The position numbers were made by a program, and so were the translations under genes. 64,000 bases of DNA from Pecten maximus (Eukaryota), in NCBI RefSeq assembly GCF_902652985.1, contig NC_047020.1, positions 29,078,001-29,142,000 on the forward strand. Direction: 5' to 3'. Below, one piece after another: positions 25,093 through 37,552 of this stretch (position 1 is the first letter of the stretch; every line of letters begins with the position of its first letter). The notes under the pieces were generated by a model that was given only the letters and a program-made list of their open reading frames with translations, searched no databases and was not told the DNA's origin.

Positions 25093-26344
25093 GAAAAGCG
25101 AACTCCGCGATGAAAAGTTAAAGCGTTCTTGTGATTCACCAAAAAGGGTCACTTTCCATTAGGCGGTTGATGCAGTGTAATCAAATATCGTTCACTTTTT
25201 AAACATCTTAACAGAGATTATGTCTCTGATCTTAAGTTTACCTGGGAAAGGCTACCAAAAATCTTGTAATAAGCTACTATCTTCACTTCAACAAAGACTA
25301 AATGTCCAAAGCTTAGACACCCCATGTCAACTGATAAGAAATAAAAAGGATTTTTTTTTTTCAATATTAAATCAAAGACACAGTTGGATATTATATCTCA
25401 GAACTTACGGGTCTGGTAAACTAAAATTTTATAGTGATGTTCTAATAATATAATCCACAACAACCACACTGTACAAAACTACCTTAAATTTCCAATTAGA
25501 AAATCTGATATGCCTAGATATTTTTTAACCAAACGAAGAATAAGTGCGCATTCACTTTATATTGAAACTGGCAGGTATTCTTAACCACCCATTCCTAAGA
25601 ATAGACGCTTTTGTTATTCATGCAAATTCTTTGTTGAAGATGAAAAACACTTTGTTATTTACTGTAATGAAACTTAACTATTTAAGTCAAAATTTAGAGA
25701 CATCTTTAATGCCACCATGTACACAGGTGATGACCCTATTAAAACAATAGTGAATCCAGTGACTTATTTATCTACTAAAAACTATGTCAATACTTGAAAG
25801 AGTGTTTCAACTATATAGACAATTTAAAATAACTTACATGTTAAATGCATGATGCAGTTGTCTCCCTTAGACCATTATATAAGATAATAGATGTGTTAGT
25901 ATTAATTGCCGTAATTTAAATATATGATACTAGTTTCTACGTACGTGTGTGTTAATAGCTCATATGTTTACACTGTATGCTTACATGTTTGGTGTATATA
26001 TGACTGTACGCCTATGTAGTCAATAACAGAATGGAATTGAATTGAAAATAGGGAGGAGGATCAGTGATTAATACCCTTTAAAATAGGGCTTAACATAAAA
26101 TTTCAAAATGAAGATTCCACATGAACATTCTCAGAACACAATTCCATGCAGTCACTGGACCATAAATTCTCGATTATATTCCGCGGAAAAGGATGTGTTG
26201 AGATGTCCACTTTGTTATCTACTAAGTTTTAGCAAAAGCTGGACTTAACTTTTTTCAGTAACAGATCTAAACGCAAAACAGTTGACGTCGCCGCCGTCAG
26301 AAAATTAACACCTAGCCGAGTCTGATAGCTCATAAACTAAGATA

Positions 26345-26490
26345 CACAGCCAGTGTCATTTTAAGACGGGGTCTCCTGCAGTAGTTGGTGACTACTTCAC
26401 CGAACAACATATGAGAAGCCCGTTGCATGCCATCCAGAACTATAAGGGTAAAGTGTCTTTGCCAAAGGACACAACCAGGACAGTACAGAC
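26345..26490 (-). mobile_element. CORE-type SINE remnant
   Basis: The minus strand reads GTGTCCTTTGGCAAAGACACTTTACC, similar to the CORE-SINE motif GTGTCCTTGGGCAAGACACTT. Confidence 0.45.
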
Positions 26491-27036
26491 CAGCATGTTT
26501 CTCAATTCTCCCGAGAAACACAAACCAACACGGCAAGGGAGCGTCCAACCACGAAGCCTTGGTAAACATGTCCAGGAGAGATAATTGTATTTAAATACCG
26601 TAGGTTAGCACACACTTGTGATTATACTTTGATGTCTGAGCACGCTTTTAAAAGCAAATTTTATATACATTCCGAGATCATTAAATCTTTTATATTATTA
26701 ACACTGAAAAATTCAACAAGTTTGAATACACTGGGACAACGCCAATAATATGGTTTCAGGTATCTGACCCGTAAATATAACTCTTCCTCAATATCATTAG
26801 CATTACACAATGTACTTACTCTACTCGATCTTGCCAAATTTCGGAATCTTCCACTAACAATGTCAAGCTTATGACAGCGTAACTTATGATTGATCGATAG
26901 GTTTCTTCAGGTAACATTGTAGACTAAAATTGTCTTTGAGCAATTTTGTTTCTAGATAAAATTTCTTGAATATTTATCATAAAACTTGTTTCCTATTATC
27001 GTACACACAATCCTACTCTCATAAATAGCATTTCTA

Positions 27037-27258
27037 TGGTGTTCCGTTTGGGCCAAATTTTCAATAGCGCTCCTTCGCTATAAAGAGCGAAAACACGATG
27101 GCGAAGGAGCGAAGGAGCGAAGAAGCGAAAATACGATGGCGAAGGAGCGAAAATACGACGGTTTTCTTCCCTCCTTCGCCATCGTATTTTCGCTCCTTCG
27201 CTCCTTCGCGTTTAGGTCGAAGGAGCGATATTGGAAATTTGGCCCTAACGGAACACCA
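27037..27258. mobile_element. Fold-back MITE with TA TSD
   Basis: ~45-bp TIR TGGTGTTCCGTT(T/A)GGGCCAAATTT..AATA.CGCTCCTTCG with internal cgaaggagcg/cgctccttcg repeats, flanked by TA. An orphan copy of the right end lies at 27796-27858. Confidence 0.85.
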
Positions 27259-28149
27259 TACATTTCATAAATATCTGAGTCCAAACTTGATTTCGGCCAT
27301 GTCCCAATGAGGCATTGTACATACATAGTACATAGTTGACCAATCTCTTCGATAATGTATATAAGTTGTAATATCAAGGTCATTCATTTGAATGAAGCTG
27401 AACATGAGACGAAACCGTCCGTCCAAGCATACAGACCTATAAATAAATACACCCCCCCCCCCCCAAAAAAATATAAAAGAATAATTTAACACAATACATT
27501 TGACCTTGGTAGCTTTGGAAGATAATGACAGCTCTGTCCAGTTTTTGAGAAACATCGGAGACAGACTTGAACCATATGAAACCGAGAGGTAAATTGTACG
27601 TGGTTCGATTCTAAACAAAAACATGAAGTCACTAAATGTAGTTTCTTTAGTGTTTTCAAGCTAGTATAAGACGGAAGAAGAAAACACTACTAAATCTTAC
27701 AAAGTTTTATCATGGAAAGACGAAAATGACACGAATTGTGAACCATCATAGTATAATGATAATGAAAAAGATCTAATAAGAGTAGAAGTTCAAACTCGCT
27801 CCTTCGCGTTTAGGTCGAAGGAGCGATATTGGAAATTTGGCCCTAACGGATCACCATAGAATCGTGAACATCATAGTATAAGAGATAATTAAAAGGGTCT
27901 AATAAGATCAAAAGTAAAAATATCGAGTACTAGGAATGGCCCAGACAGACTTACGCTGGTGAAAATGAAAGCACAATAAGTTTCGATATTTTCCGGATTT
28001 TTTTTACCAGTAACTGTGATGTTCAGGAATACTATAGACACTTAAATTTGAAAACACGCGTTAAATTAATTTAAATAACCCATACTCATTTTATTCTCTT
28101 AAATAGATGGCGTCAATTTAGAAGCTTTATTAAGACAATTGTAACCTAG

Positions 28150-28315
28150 CTGTCGCCGAAACGTACCGGATCCCGGATACCAAGTGTGGTTACGGGCAGG
28201 AGTTTAGACAGTGGTACGCGACGTGCACGTGGTGATGCCTGACAGATGCTGATCACATCGTTCAAGAATGAAAAAAAAAAAAAAAAAAATCACATACACA
28301 ATCAAAAATGCTGAG
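28150..28315 (+). other. Probable first exon of a fourth, unidentified gene
   Basis: CpG-rich patch at 28150-28260 with a YY1-like AGATGGCG near 28104 and a consensus donor GAG|GTAAGT at 28315/28316. An ATG lies at 28308. I could not confirm any downstream coding exon. Confidence 0.35.
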
Positions 28316-28458
28316 GTAAGTTATCGACCATATATGTGTACTTTTGTCACAAGGACTTTGCACAAGTTATAGTAGCTAGATATATAGTATACGTATAAAG
28401 TGTTTCATCATGATCATTGCCACGAAGTGACAAATCCACGGTCCATATATGGCCGACG

Positions 28459-31018
28459 GGGTGATATTTTAGGATGTGATCTGTTGGAGGTTGGGTGTGA
28501 TATTTTGAGATGTGAGATGTTGGAGGTTGGGTGTGATATTTTGGGATGTGAGAATGGAGGTTGGGTGTGATATTTTGGGATGTGAGAATGGAGGTTGGGT
28601 GTGATATTTTGGGATGTGAGATGTTGGAGGTTGGGTGTGATATTTTGGGATGTGAGATGTTGGAGGTTGGGTGTGATATTTTGGGATGTGAGATGTTGGA
28701 GGTTAGATGTGATATTTTGGGATGTGAGATGTTGGAGGTTGGGTGTGATATTTTGGGATGTGAGATGTTGGAGGTTGGGTGTGATATTTAAGGATGTGAG
28801 ATGTTGGAGGTTGGGTGTGATATTTTTAGTTAGGATGTGAGATGTTGGAGGTTAGATGTGATATTTTGGGATGTGAGATTGTTGGAGGTTAGGATGTGAT
28901 ATTTAGGGATGTGATGATTGTTGGAGGTTGGGGGTGATATTTTGGGAATGTGATGATGTTGGAGGTTGGGTTCTTGTGATATTTTGGGATGTGAGATGTT
29001 GAGGTTGGGTGTGATATTTTGGATGTGAGATGTTGGAGGGTTGGTGTAGTGTGATATTTTGGATGTGAGATTGTTGGAGGTTTAGGCATGTGATATTTTA
29101 TTGGATGTGAGATGTTGGAGGTGAGATGTGATATTTTAGGATGTGAGATGTTGGAGGTTGGGTGTGATTATTTTGGGATGTGAGATTGGTGAGGTGTCAG
29201 GATTTGTGATATTTTGGATGTGAGACGTGTTGGAAGGTTAGATGTGATATTTTAGGATGTGAGATGTTGGAAGATTAGAATGTGAATTTTAGGGATGTGA
29301 GATGTTGGAGGATGGATGCTGATATTTTGGGATGTGAGATGTTGGAGGTTGGATGTGATATTTTTGGAATGTGAGATTTGGCAAGTTAAGATGTGATATT
29401 TTGGGATGTGAGATGTTTGAGGGTTGGAGTGTGACATTTTGGGATTGGGTGTGATGTTTTAGGTTGGTGTGAGTGAATTTGGGTATGTTGGGTTGGGAGG
29501 TTAGATGGATTTTGGGATGTGAGTGTTGGAGGTGTGTATATTTTGGGATGGTGATTGTGGAGGTGGTGTGATATTTTGGATGTGAGATGTTGGAGGTTGT
29601 GTGATATTTGGGATTGGAGATGTGTGTGGTGAATATTTTGGATGTGAATGTTGGAGGTTAGTGTGATATTTTGGATGTGAGATGTTGGAGGTTGGGTGTG
29701 AATTTTAGTGTATGTGGGTTGGGTTGTGTGATATTTTGGATGTGAGTGTTGGAGGTTGTGTGATATTTTGGGATGTGAGATGTTGGAGGTTAGTGTGATA
29801 TTTTGGGATGTGAGATGTTGGGGTTGGGTGTGTATTTTGGGATGTGATATGTTGGAGGTTGGGTGTGATATTTTGGATGTGAGATGTTGGGAGGTTAGTT
29901 GTTTTGGATGTGAAGTGGAGGTGGGTGTGTTTTGGATTGGGATGTGAGATGTTGGAGGTTAGATGTGATATTTTGGGATGTGAGAATGGAGGTTGGGTGT
30001 GCTATTTTGGGATGTGAGATGTTGGAGGTTGGGTGTGATATTTTGGGATGTGAGATGTTGGAGGTTGGTTGTGATATTTTGGGATGTGAGAGTAGAGGTT
30101 AGATGTGATATTTTGGGATGTGAGAGTAGAGGTTAGATGTGATATTTTGGGATGTGAGATGTTGGAGGTTAGATGTGATATTTTGGGATGTGAGATGTTG
30201 GAGGTTGGGTGTGATATTTCAGGATGTGAGAGTAGAGGTTAGATGCGATATTTTGGGATGTGAGATGTTGGAGGTTAGATGTGATATTTTGGGATGTGAG
30301 GTGTTGGAGGTTGGGTGTGATATTTTAGTATATGAGAGTAGAGGTTGGGTGTGATATTTTGGGATGTGAGATGTTGGAGGTTAGATGTGATATTTTGGGA
30401 TGTGAGATGTTGGGAGGTTAGATGTGATATTTTGGGATGTGAGATGTTGGAGGTTGGGTGTGATATTTTGGGATGTGATATGTTGGAGGTTAGATGTGAT
30501 ATTTTAGGATGTGAGATGTTGGAGGTTGGGTGTGATATTTTGGGATGTGAGATGTTGGAGGTTGGGTGTGATATTTTGGGATGTGAGATGTTGGAGGTTG
30601 GATGTGATATTTTGGGATGTGAGATGTTGGAGGCTAGATGTGATATTTTGGGATGTGAGGTGTTGGAGGTTGGGTGTGATATTTTAGTATATGAGAGTAG
30701 AGGTTGGGTGTGATATTTTGGGATGTGAGATGTTGGAGGTTAGATGTGATATTTTGGGATGTGAGATGTTGGGAGGTTAGATGTGATATTTTGGGATGTG
30801 AGATGTTGGAGGTTGGGTGTGATATTTTGGGATGTGATATGTTGGAGGTTAGATGTGATATTTTAGGATGTGAGATGTTGGAGGTTGGGTGTGATATTTT
30901 GGGATGTGAGATGTTGGAGGTTGGGTGTGATATTTTGGGATGTGAGATGTTGGAGGTTAGATGTGATATTTTGGGATGTGAGAATGGAGGTTGGGTGTGC
31001 TATTTTGGGATGTGAGAG
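28459..31018. repeat. 36-bp GT-rich minisatellite
   Basis: Unit gatgtgagatgttggaggttgggtgtgatattttgg gives the 12-aa period VGCDILGCEMLE in the ORF track. A 359-bp higher-order repeat is visible at 30345 and 30704. Confidence 0.95.
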
Positions 31019-31785
31019 ATGAGGTTAAAGATGTAGTAGTGATTTGATTAAGATTAAAATTGTTAGTATGGAAATGCTGGTATCTACTATCGTGTTGAGG
31101 GTTTCAGAATTGGAGGAGTTGATGTTGAAATTGAATGGTAGTAATTAAAGTTGATACCAAATTAATCATGAAGTGAAACAGGGCTGTAGACAAGAGTTCC
31201 ACACGATCGACTCTAGCCAATATCTGTGTAACTGTAAAGTATTGAGTAGTTTATGCTGGGTCCAGTGATTGGAGCAGTAAAATTTGACCTGATTGTCATC
31301 AATCTTTCCTGTACAGATTGTATACTGTTGTATGATTTATCAATTCAATGATTCGTTGTGTTCCCCCAACAGTTAGGTACAACTTGATAGATAAAACCCC
31401 ATAAATCACACCATTCACAATAAAACCATACCCGATCATTTTTCTTTCTCTCCCATGAAGACTTTGATATGCAGTGACGTGTGGGTTGTCTTAACGGCCG
31501 CCAAACATTACGTAGTTTATCTGTGAAGTCTTAGTACTGGATCTGCATGTACTATTGTAGTTACTGTCAACGCAGCATCAATATTTTCTTTATCCACGGT
31601 TCAGAGATGGAGTGTATATCATTAAACAATTTAAGGACATGAAACAAAATGTGGCAGAAGTCACCTCCTTGTAGGATATCTACTTGTTGTAATCAAAGTA
31701 TGTAATTAAAATACTATTAAGTTTGCTAATTCTTCAATAAACTTGACATATTTCAAAGGCAAAGAATTTCTTCTACAAATTTGTT

Positions 31786-33010
31786 TGAGGATGTCTGCTA
31801 TAATTTTATATGAGGATGTCTACTATAGTTTTATATGAGGATGTCTACTATAGTTTTATATGAGGATATCTACTATAGTTTTATATGAGGATGTCTGCTA
31901 TAGTTTTATATGAGGATGTCTGCTCTAGGTTTTATATGAGGATGTCTACTATAGTTTTATAATTATTATGAGGATATCTACTATCGTTTTATATGAGGAT
32001 GTCTACTATAGTTTTATATGAGGATGTGTACTATAGTTTTATATGAGGATATCTACTATAGTTTTATATGAGGATGTCTAGTTTTATATGAGGATGTCTA
32101 CTATAGTTTTATATGAGGATGTCTACTATAGTTTTATATGAGGATATCTACTATAGTTTTATATGAGGATGTTTACTATAGTTTTATATGAGGATGTCTA
32201 CTATAGTTTTATATGAGGATATCTTCTATAGTTTTATATGAGGATGTCTACTATAGTTTTATATGAGGATGTCTACTATAGTTTTATATGAGGATGTATA
32301 CTATAGTTTTATATGAGGATATCTACTATAGTTTTATATGAGGATATCTACTATAGTTGTATATGAGGATATCTACGATAGTTCTATATGAGGATGTATA
32401 CTATAGTTTTATATGAGGATATCTACTATAGTTTTATATGAGGATGTCTACTATAGTTTTATATGAGGATGTATACTATAGTTTTATATGAGGATATCTA
32501 CTATAGTTTTATATGAGGATGTATACTATAGTTTTATATGAGGATGTATACTATAGTTTTATATGAGGATATCTACTATAGTTTTATATGAGGATATCTA
32601 CTATAGTTTTATATGAGGATGTCTACTATAGTTTTATATGAGGATGTATACTATAGTTTTATATGAGGATATCTACTATAGGTTCATATGAGGATGTCTA
32701 CTATAGTTTTATATGAGGATGTCTACTATAGTTTTATATGAGGATGTCTACTATAGTTTTATATGGGGATATCTACTATAGTTTGATATGAGGATGTCTG
32801 CTATAGTTTTATATGAGGATGTGTACTATAGTTTTATATGAGGATGTCTACTATAGTTTTATATGAGGATATCTACTATAGTTTTATATGAGGATATCTA
32901 CTATAGTTTTATATGAGGATATCTACTATAGTTTTATATGAGGATGTCTACTATAGTTTAATATGAGGATGTATACTATAGTTCTATATGAGGATGTCTA
33001 CTACAGTTTC
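31786..33010. repeat. 25-bp minisatellite (atatgaggatgtctactatagtttt)
   Basis: Directly visible tandem array. Confidence 0.95.
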
Positions 33011-33093
33011 ATGATGGTTATGATAGTTTGATATGAAGATGCATACTACAGTTTGAGTTTTGTCTACAATAGGTTCATATGAGGATGATTGAT

Positions 33094-33758
33094 ACTCAAT
33101 AAGGTTGATTTATATGATATCTGAACTCAATAAGGTTGATTCCTATAATATCTGAACTCAATAAGGTTGATTCCTATAATGTCTTAACTCAATAAGGTTG
33201 ATTCATATGATATCTTAACTCAGTAAGGTTGATTCCTATGATATCTTAACTTAATAAGGTTGATTCCTATGATATCTTAACTCAATAAGGTTAATTCTTG
33301 TGATATTTCAACTCAATTAGGTTGATTTATATGATATCTTAACTCAATAAGGTTGATTCATATGATATCTTAACTCAATAAGGTTGGTTCATATGATATC
33401 TTAACTCAATAAGGTTGATTCCTATGCTATCTTAACTCAATAAGGTTGATTCATATGATATCTTAACTCAATAAGGTTGATTCATGATATCTTAACTCAA
33501 TAAGGTTGATTCATATGATATCTTAACTCAATAAGGTTGATTCATGATATCTTAACTCAATAATGTTGATTTATATGATATCTTAACTCAATAAGGTTGA
33601 TTTATATGATATCTTAACTCAATAATGTTGATTTATATGATATCTTATCTCAATAAGGTTGATTTATATGATATCTTAACTCAATAAGGTTGATTTATAT
33701 GATATCTTAACTCAATAAGGTTGATTCATACAATGTCTTTACTCAATAAGGTTGATTT
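33094..33758. repeat. 31-bp minisatellite (aactcaataaggttgattcatatgatatctt)
   Basis: Directly visible tandem array adjacent to the 25-bp array. Confidence 0.95.
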
Positions 33759-36171
33759 CATGAAAACTGAAAATGTTGGATTGATCTGTGGATTTAAGCG
33801 GTTAAAGTACTAGTGTATATAAAGATGTTTGATGAAGTTGTTATTTGAAGATGACTGCTACAGCACTGTCAGACTAACTCTGGCCTGTTTTCACGGTAAA
33901 ATCCCCTGATCTTTTACAGGAAGCAATACTAACCATCCCTCGGGACACATATTGAGAGTTCAGTAACAATAAACTACGAGACTGGCTTCTTCAGGTAGCT
34001 GTCTTGCGATATATAGGATTGTCAAATAAATCCCAAATGGCGACGGTTTCTAAAGGTCACAACAAATTTCTCTTTATACTCCAGTTACCATGGCGATATC
34101 ACCATGTCATTGTGGTAACTGTTGTTACTGGGTGTTAGGATAAAGAATACCAGCTATGCAACAGCCAAGTCAGGAATACAAAAAAAAGATTTTTAAGTAA
34201 AATTCAATTATAAATCGATGCCATCCAATGCAAGATCAGTCTTACCTAGCACTTATAGTGGTAGCAGAAGCTGAAGAGTATACATGACACACCATTCAAA
34301 TATTAAACATAATATGTGAAAGATTGCTATCAATTTATGATGTTTTATAATAAAAAAAATAATATATTTTCTAAACACATGGTAATATTACATTTTTATT
34401 TTTTCCCCTTAATGCTGTATTAATCTGGATTAAATATTCACCGAAGTATTGTTACATTCTGGTCACATGATACTGATATGACATTTTAGCGCCATACTCG
34501 CATATGCACATTTTTTTTCACTTTCCCTCAGAGGATGTTTCACAGCATTTTGACAATTATGATTTTCAGGAAGCTCTTCCAGTCAATATACATACAAGGT
34601 AAAAAAAACTCTTTAGAATTTGATGAAATAGATACAAGAATATTTTTAAATGATGTATAAAATGTAAATACAATGTATTTTTTATTTAAGAGGGGTCAGA
34701 TTTCATTATTGTCTATATGAATGCGATTTTGGTGACAGTTGAATAGGTATCATGTCCTAATGAATGACAGTGTTGTATCTGATATTAGCTTCATAAGGTT
34801 TAGTACAATCGTAATTTAGTGCAATGTATATTGTTTTTGTCTGGTGACACGTTGGGCCTCGGAAAACATCATTTACTTTCAGATCTTTGATATGATGGAA
34901 TTTATTCATTACAGAAGTTGTGTGCCTATCCCTGGATTTATGAGTGTGTGACAGAAACTAAAACATGTCCCTGTAGAGGGAGGAGGATGACTGTATTTAA
35001 TGGAAGCCTGTCAGTTTCTGCCAGACAAACGGATCTACCAGTAAATTGTGTTTGTATAACTGTACAACTGTAGATTGGCACATCTCCCAACTATTGACCA
35101 ATCTGACCCAGGCTGGACAGAGAAAAGCCTTATAAGCAGTGTTGAAGAACAACCGTGTTCCGTCACACAGACAAATGATACCTGTTAAGGAACTGTTTTC
35201 ACCATTGGTACTAATGGTGTTGTAGTTATCTATAGTGGCCGGGAGCTGTAGAGCAAGCTAGAACAACTGTGTTATGAAGCCAGAACAGATGTATGGATAC
35301 ATGTACATTAACTTTTTATGACTGATCTTTGGATTTTGAAAATTTTATCTTGGTGACAAATGAAGATGGGTAAGTACTGATTTTTATTTTAGAAATGGAA
35401 AATAGATGTATCGGAGTGAGAGAGAGGCCAGCAGTGGAAAGAATTTCAGGAACTTATGTAAGGGTCAACATTTGTACATACACATGAATGTTTGAATTTC
35501 TTCAGAAAATTTTGTTCATTTTTCTTTAGATAATATAGCTGTATAACCATGCATGTTTTAGAAATAGTATTTCACTTCATTTCGCTTTGAAATTTAATGT
35601 TATTTCTAAAACATGCATGGTTATAAGCTATATTATCTGAAGAAAAAGAAACAAAATTTAATTGAAACATTAAAATAATAAAACAAAATTAACATTTGAT
35701 TTCAAAGCGAAATGAAATTAAACAATAGTTTCCAAAATTTGTACCTTATATAAGAATTACATAACACTGCTACTCTCCATCAGTTGATATTTTTACGAAA
35801 TGTAGGTATTTTGCTAGGCCGTTTAAGACAGTCTCATATTTGCTGTTTTTGTTTTTGATTTGTTTTGTTTTATTTTAAAATTTCAACCCTTTTTTCAAAC
35901 CATTTGTATGTTGACCATGATGTATACATTGTTTACAAACATTTGGTTCATATCATTGGATTTTAGAGCTCCACATTTAACACTAAAACTTCTATAAATC
36001 TGTAGTATGTAATTATCACCTAGAGGTTAACATTTGCTCTAAAAGGTCTAGCAAATTATGGAATTTAATTTGTTTGTATTGGTGAATAAATGAATTACAT
36101 ACTAAAAATCTGGGGTATGTAATTCTACGACTTAATGCTTAATGACTCCAGCTAGAAATTACAAATGTATA

Positions 36172-37301
36172 CAGTGGACCCTCAATAATCCGAACACCTT
36201 CGTTCCCCGTCCGGATTACGAGTTTTCCCGACTGCCGAATTTGTCTACCAGGTCAAAAAATTGTCGTGTAAGAGTTAGCTCCCTTGACTATATACAATGT
36301 GGGATGTTTAAATGACATACATACATTTCATAAACACGTCTAATTGTCAGTCTTTTTAAAAATAGATATACTTATGTTACTGATATGATTCTTTTTTTGT
36401 TTTATTTTGTAGAAACTAAAAAAAATCAACAATGTTTTTAAAAAAAACATGTAATATGAAAGTTGTTTTATTTTTCATGGTCAACGTCAAAGGGTATACA
36501 AACCGATGTTTCTGAGCAGCACCGTGTAGTATAATCTTCATTTTGTTGTGTATTGTATAATGTGACCCTTATGAAGGGTTTTAACTATAGTGTACTAGAA
36601 CAAACACTTGGATAGCGGGAATATGTGACCTACAAACAACACACATGTGTCACGTCCCGGAGGTTCACAAACGAGTAGAAATTACAAACGTTAAATACCT
36701 GAAATAAAAGACTGGGATGTACAAATTACCCATCGTCTATATTTTTACGTTTTTTTTTACCATGATTTCAACCCTGAAATGAATGACCCGCAATATACAA
36801 AGTACGTCTTTTACACGTACATTAGAAGACCGGTTTTTACAACTTACCAACAGTCCATGTTTTTGTGTTTTTTTACATAAGTTTAAAACCTGAAATAAAA
36901 AGACATGGTCTTACTATCAGTCCATGATTTTATGATTCTTACATAAGTTAAAAAGTTATAAAAGCAGAGCTACATTGTAACACAGGTAAACACCCAGGGC
37001 TATGACCTGGCAGCGGTCGCTATGACTACGCACAGTGTCAAGCGATAGTCTGTACAGCTGTCGACATGGATGACTTGCCCCAACATTTTTCCGTCCACAT
37101 GGTGAAAAAAATCGTCTGGATTATTACTGGGAATTTACTAATGAAAAGTACATTCCGTTCCCAAAATAGGGTTCCGGAATCGGAATCGGAATTTCCGGAC
37201 TGGTGAGTACAAATAAAGTTACGGAAATCCGTTCCCGTGCATTTCCATCCGGACTGTGAGTTTTCCGGACTATCGGCGTCCAGATTATCGCGGGTCCACT
37301 G
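36172..37301. mobile_element. Non-autonomous Tc1/mariner-pogo-type element
   Basis: TA|CAGTGGACCC.C.ATAATC...GATTATCGCGGGTCCACTG|TA termini. Confidence 0.85.
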
Positions 37302-37552
37302 TATATGGATTATAGCCATTTACATTTAAAAAATAACTTTATGCACCTGTTAATGATCATACTTTATCTCATTTCAAACAGTTGCTGTTAAACCTGGATT
37401 CTGTATACTCTTTTTGTTTCATTCCTATAAACTCTTCTCGTTAGCTGGAGTTCCATTTTGCTGAAGTGGCTATAATTCATACAAAAAGATGTTTTTTGTG
37501 GTTATTAGATTAGAATTATCCTTTTCCTCCAAGAGGCTGAATTAAGTTACAT

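Noticed and set aside
28561-31015. Cys/Trp-rich repeat ORFs
   Set aside because: These are translations of the 36-bp minisatellite.
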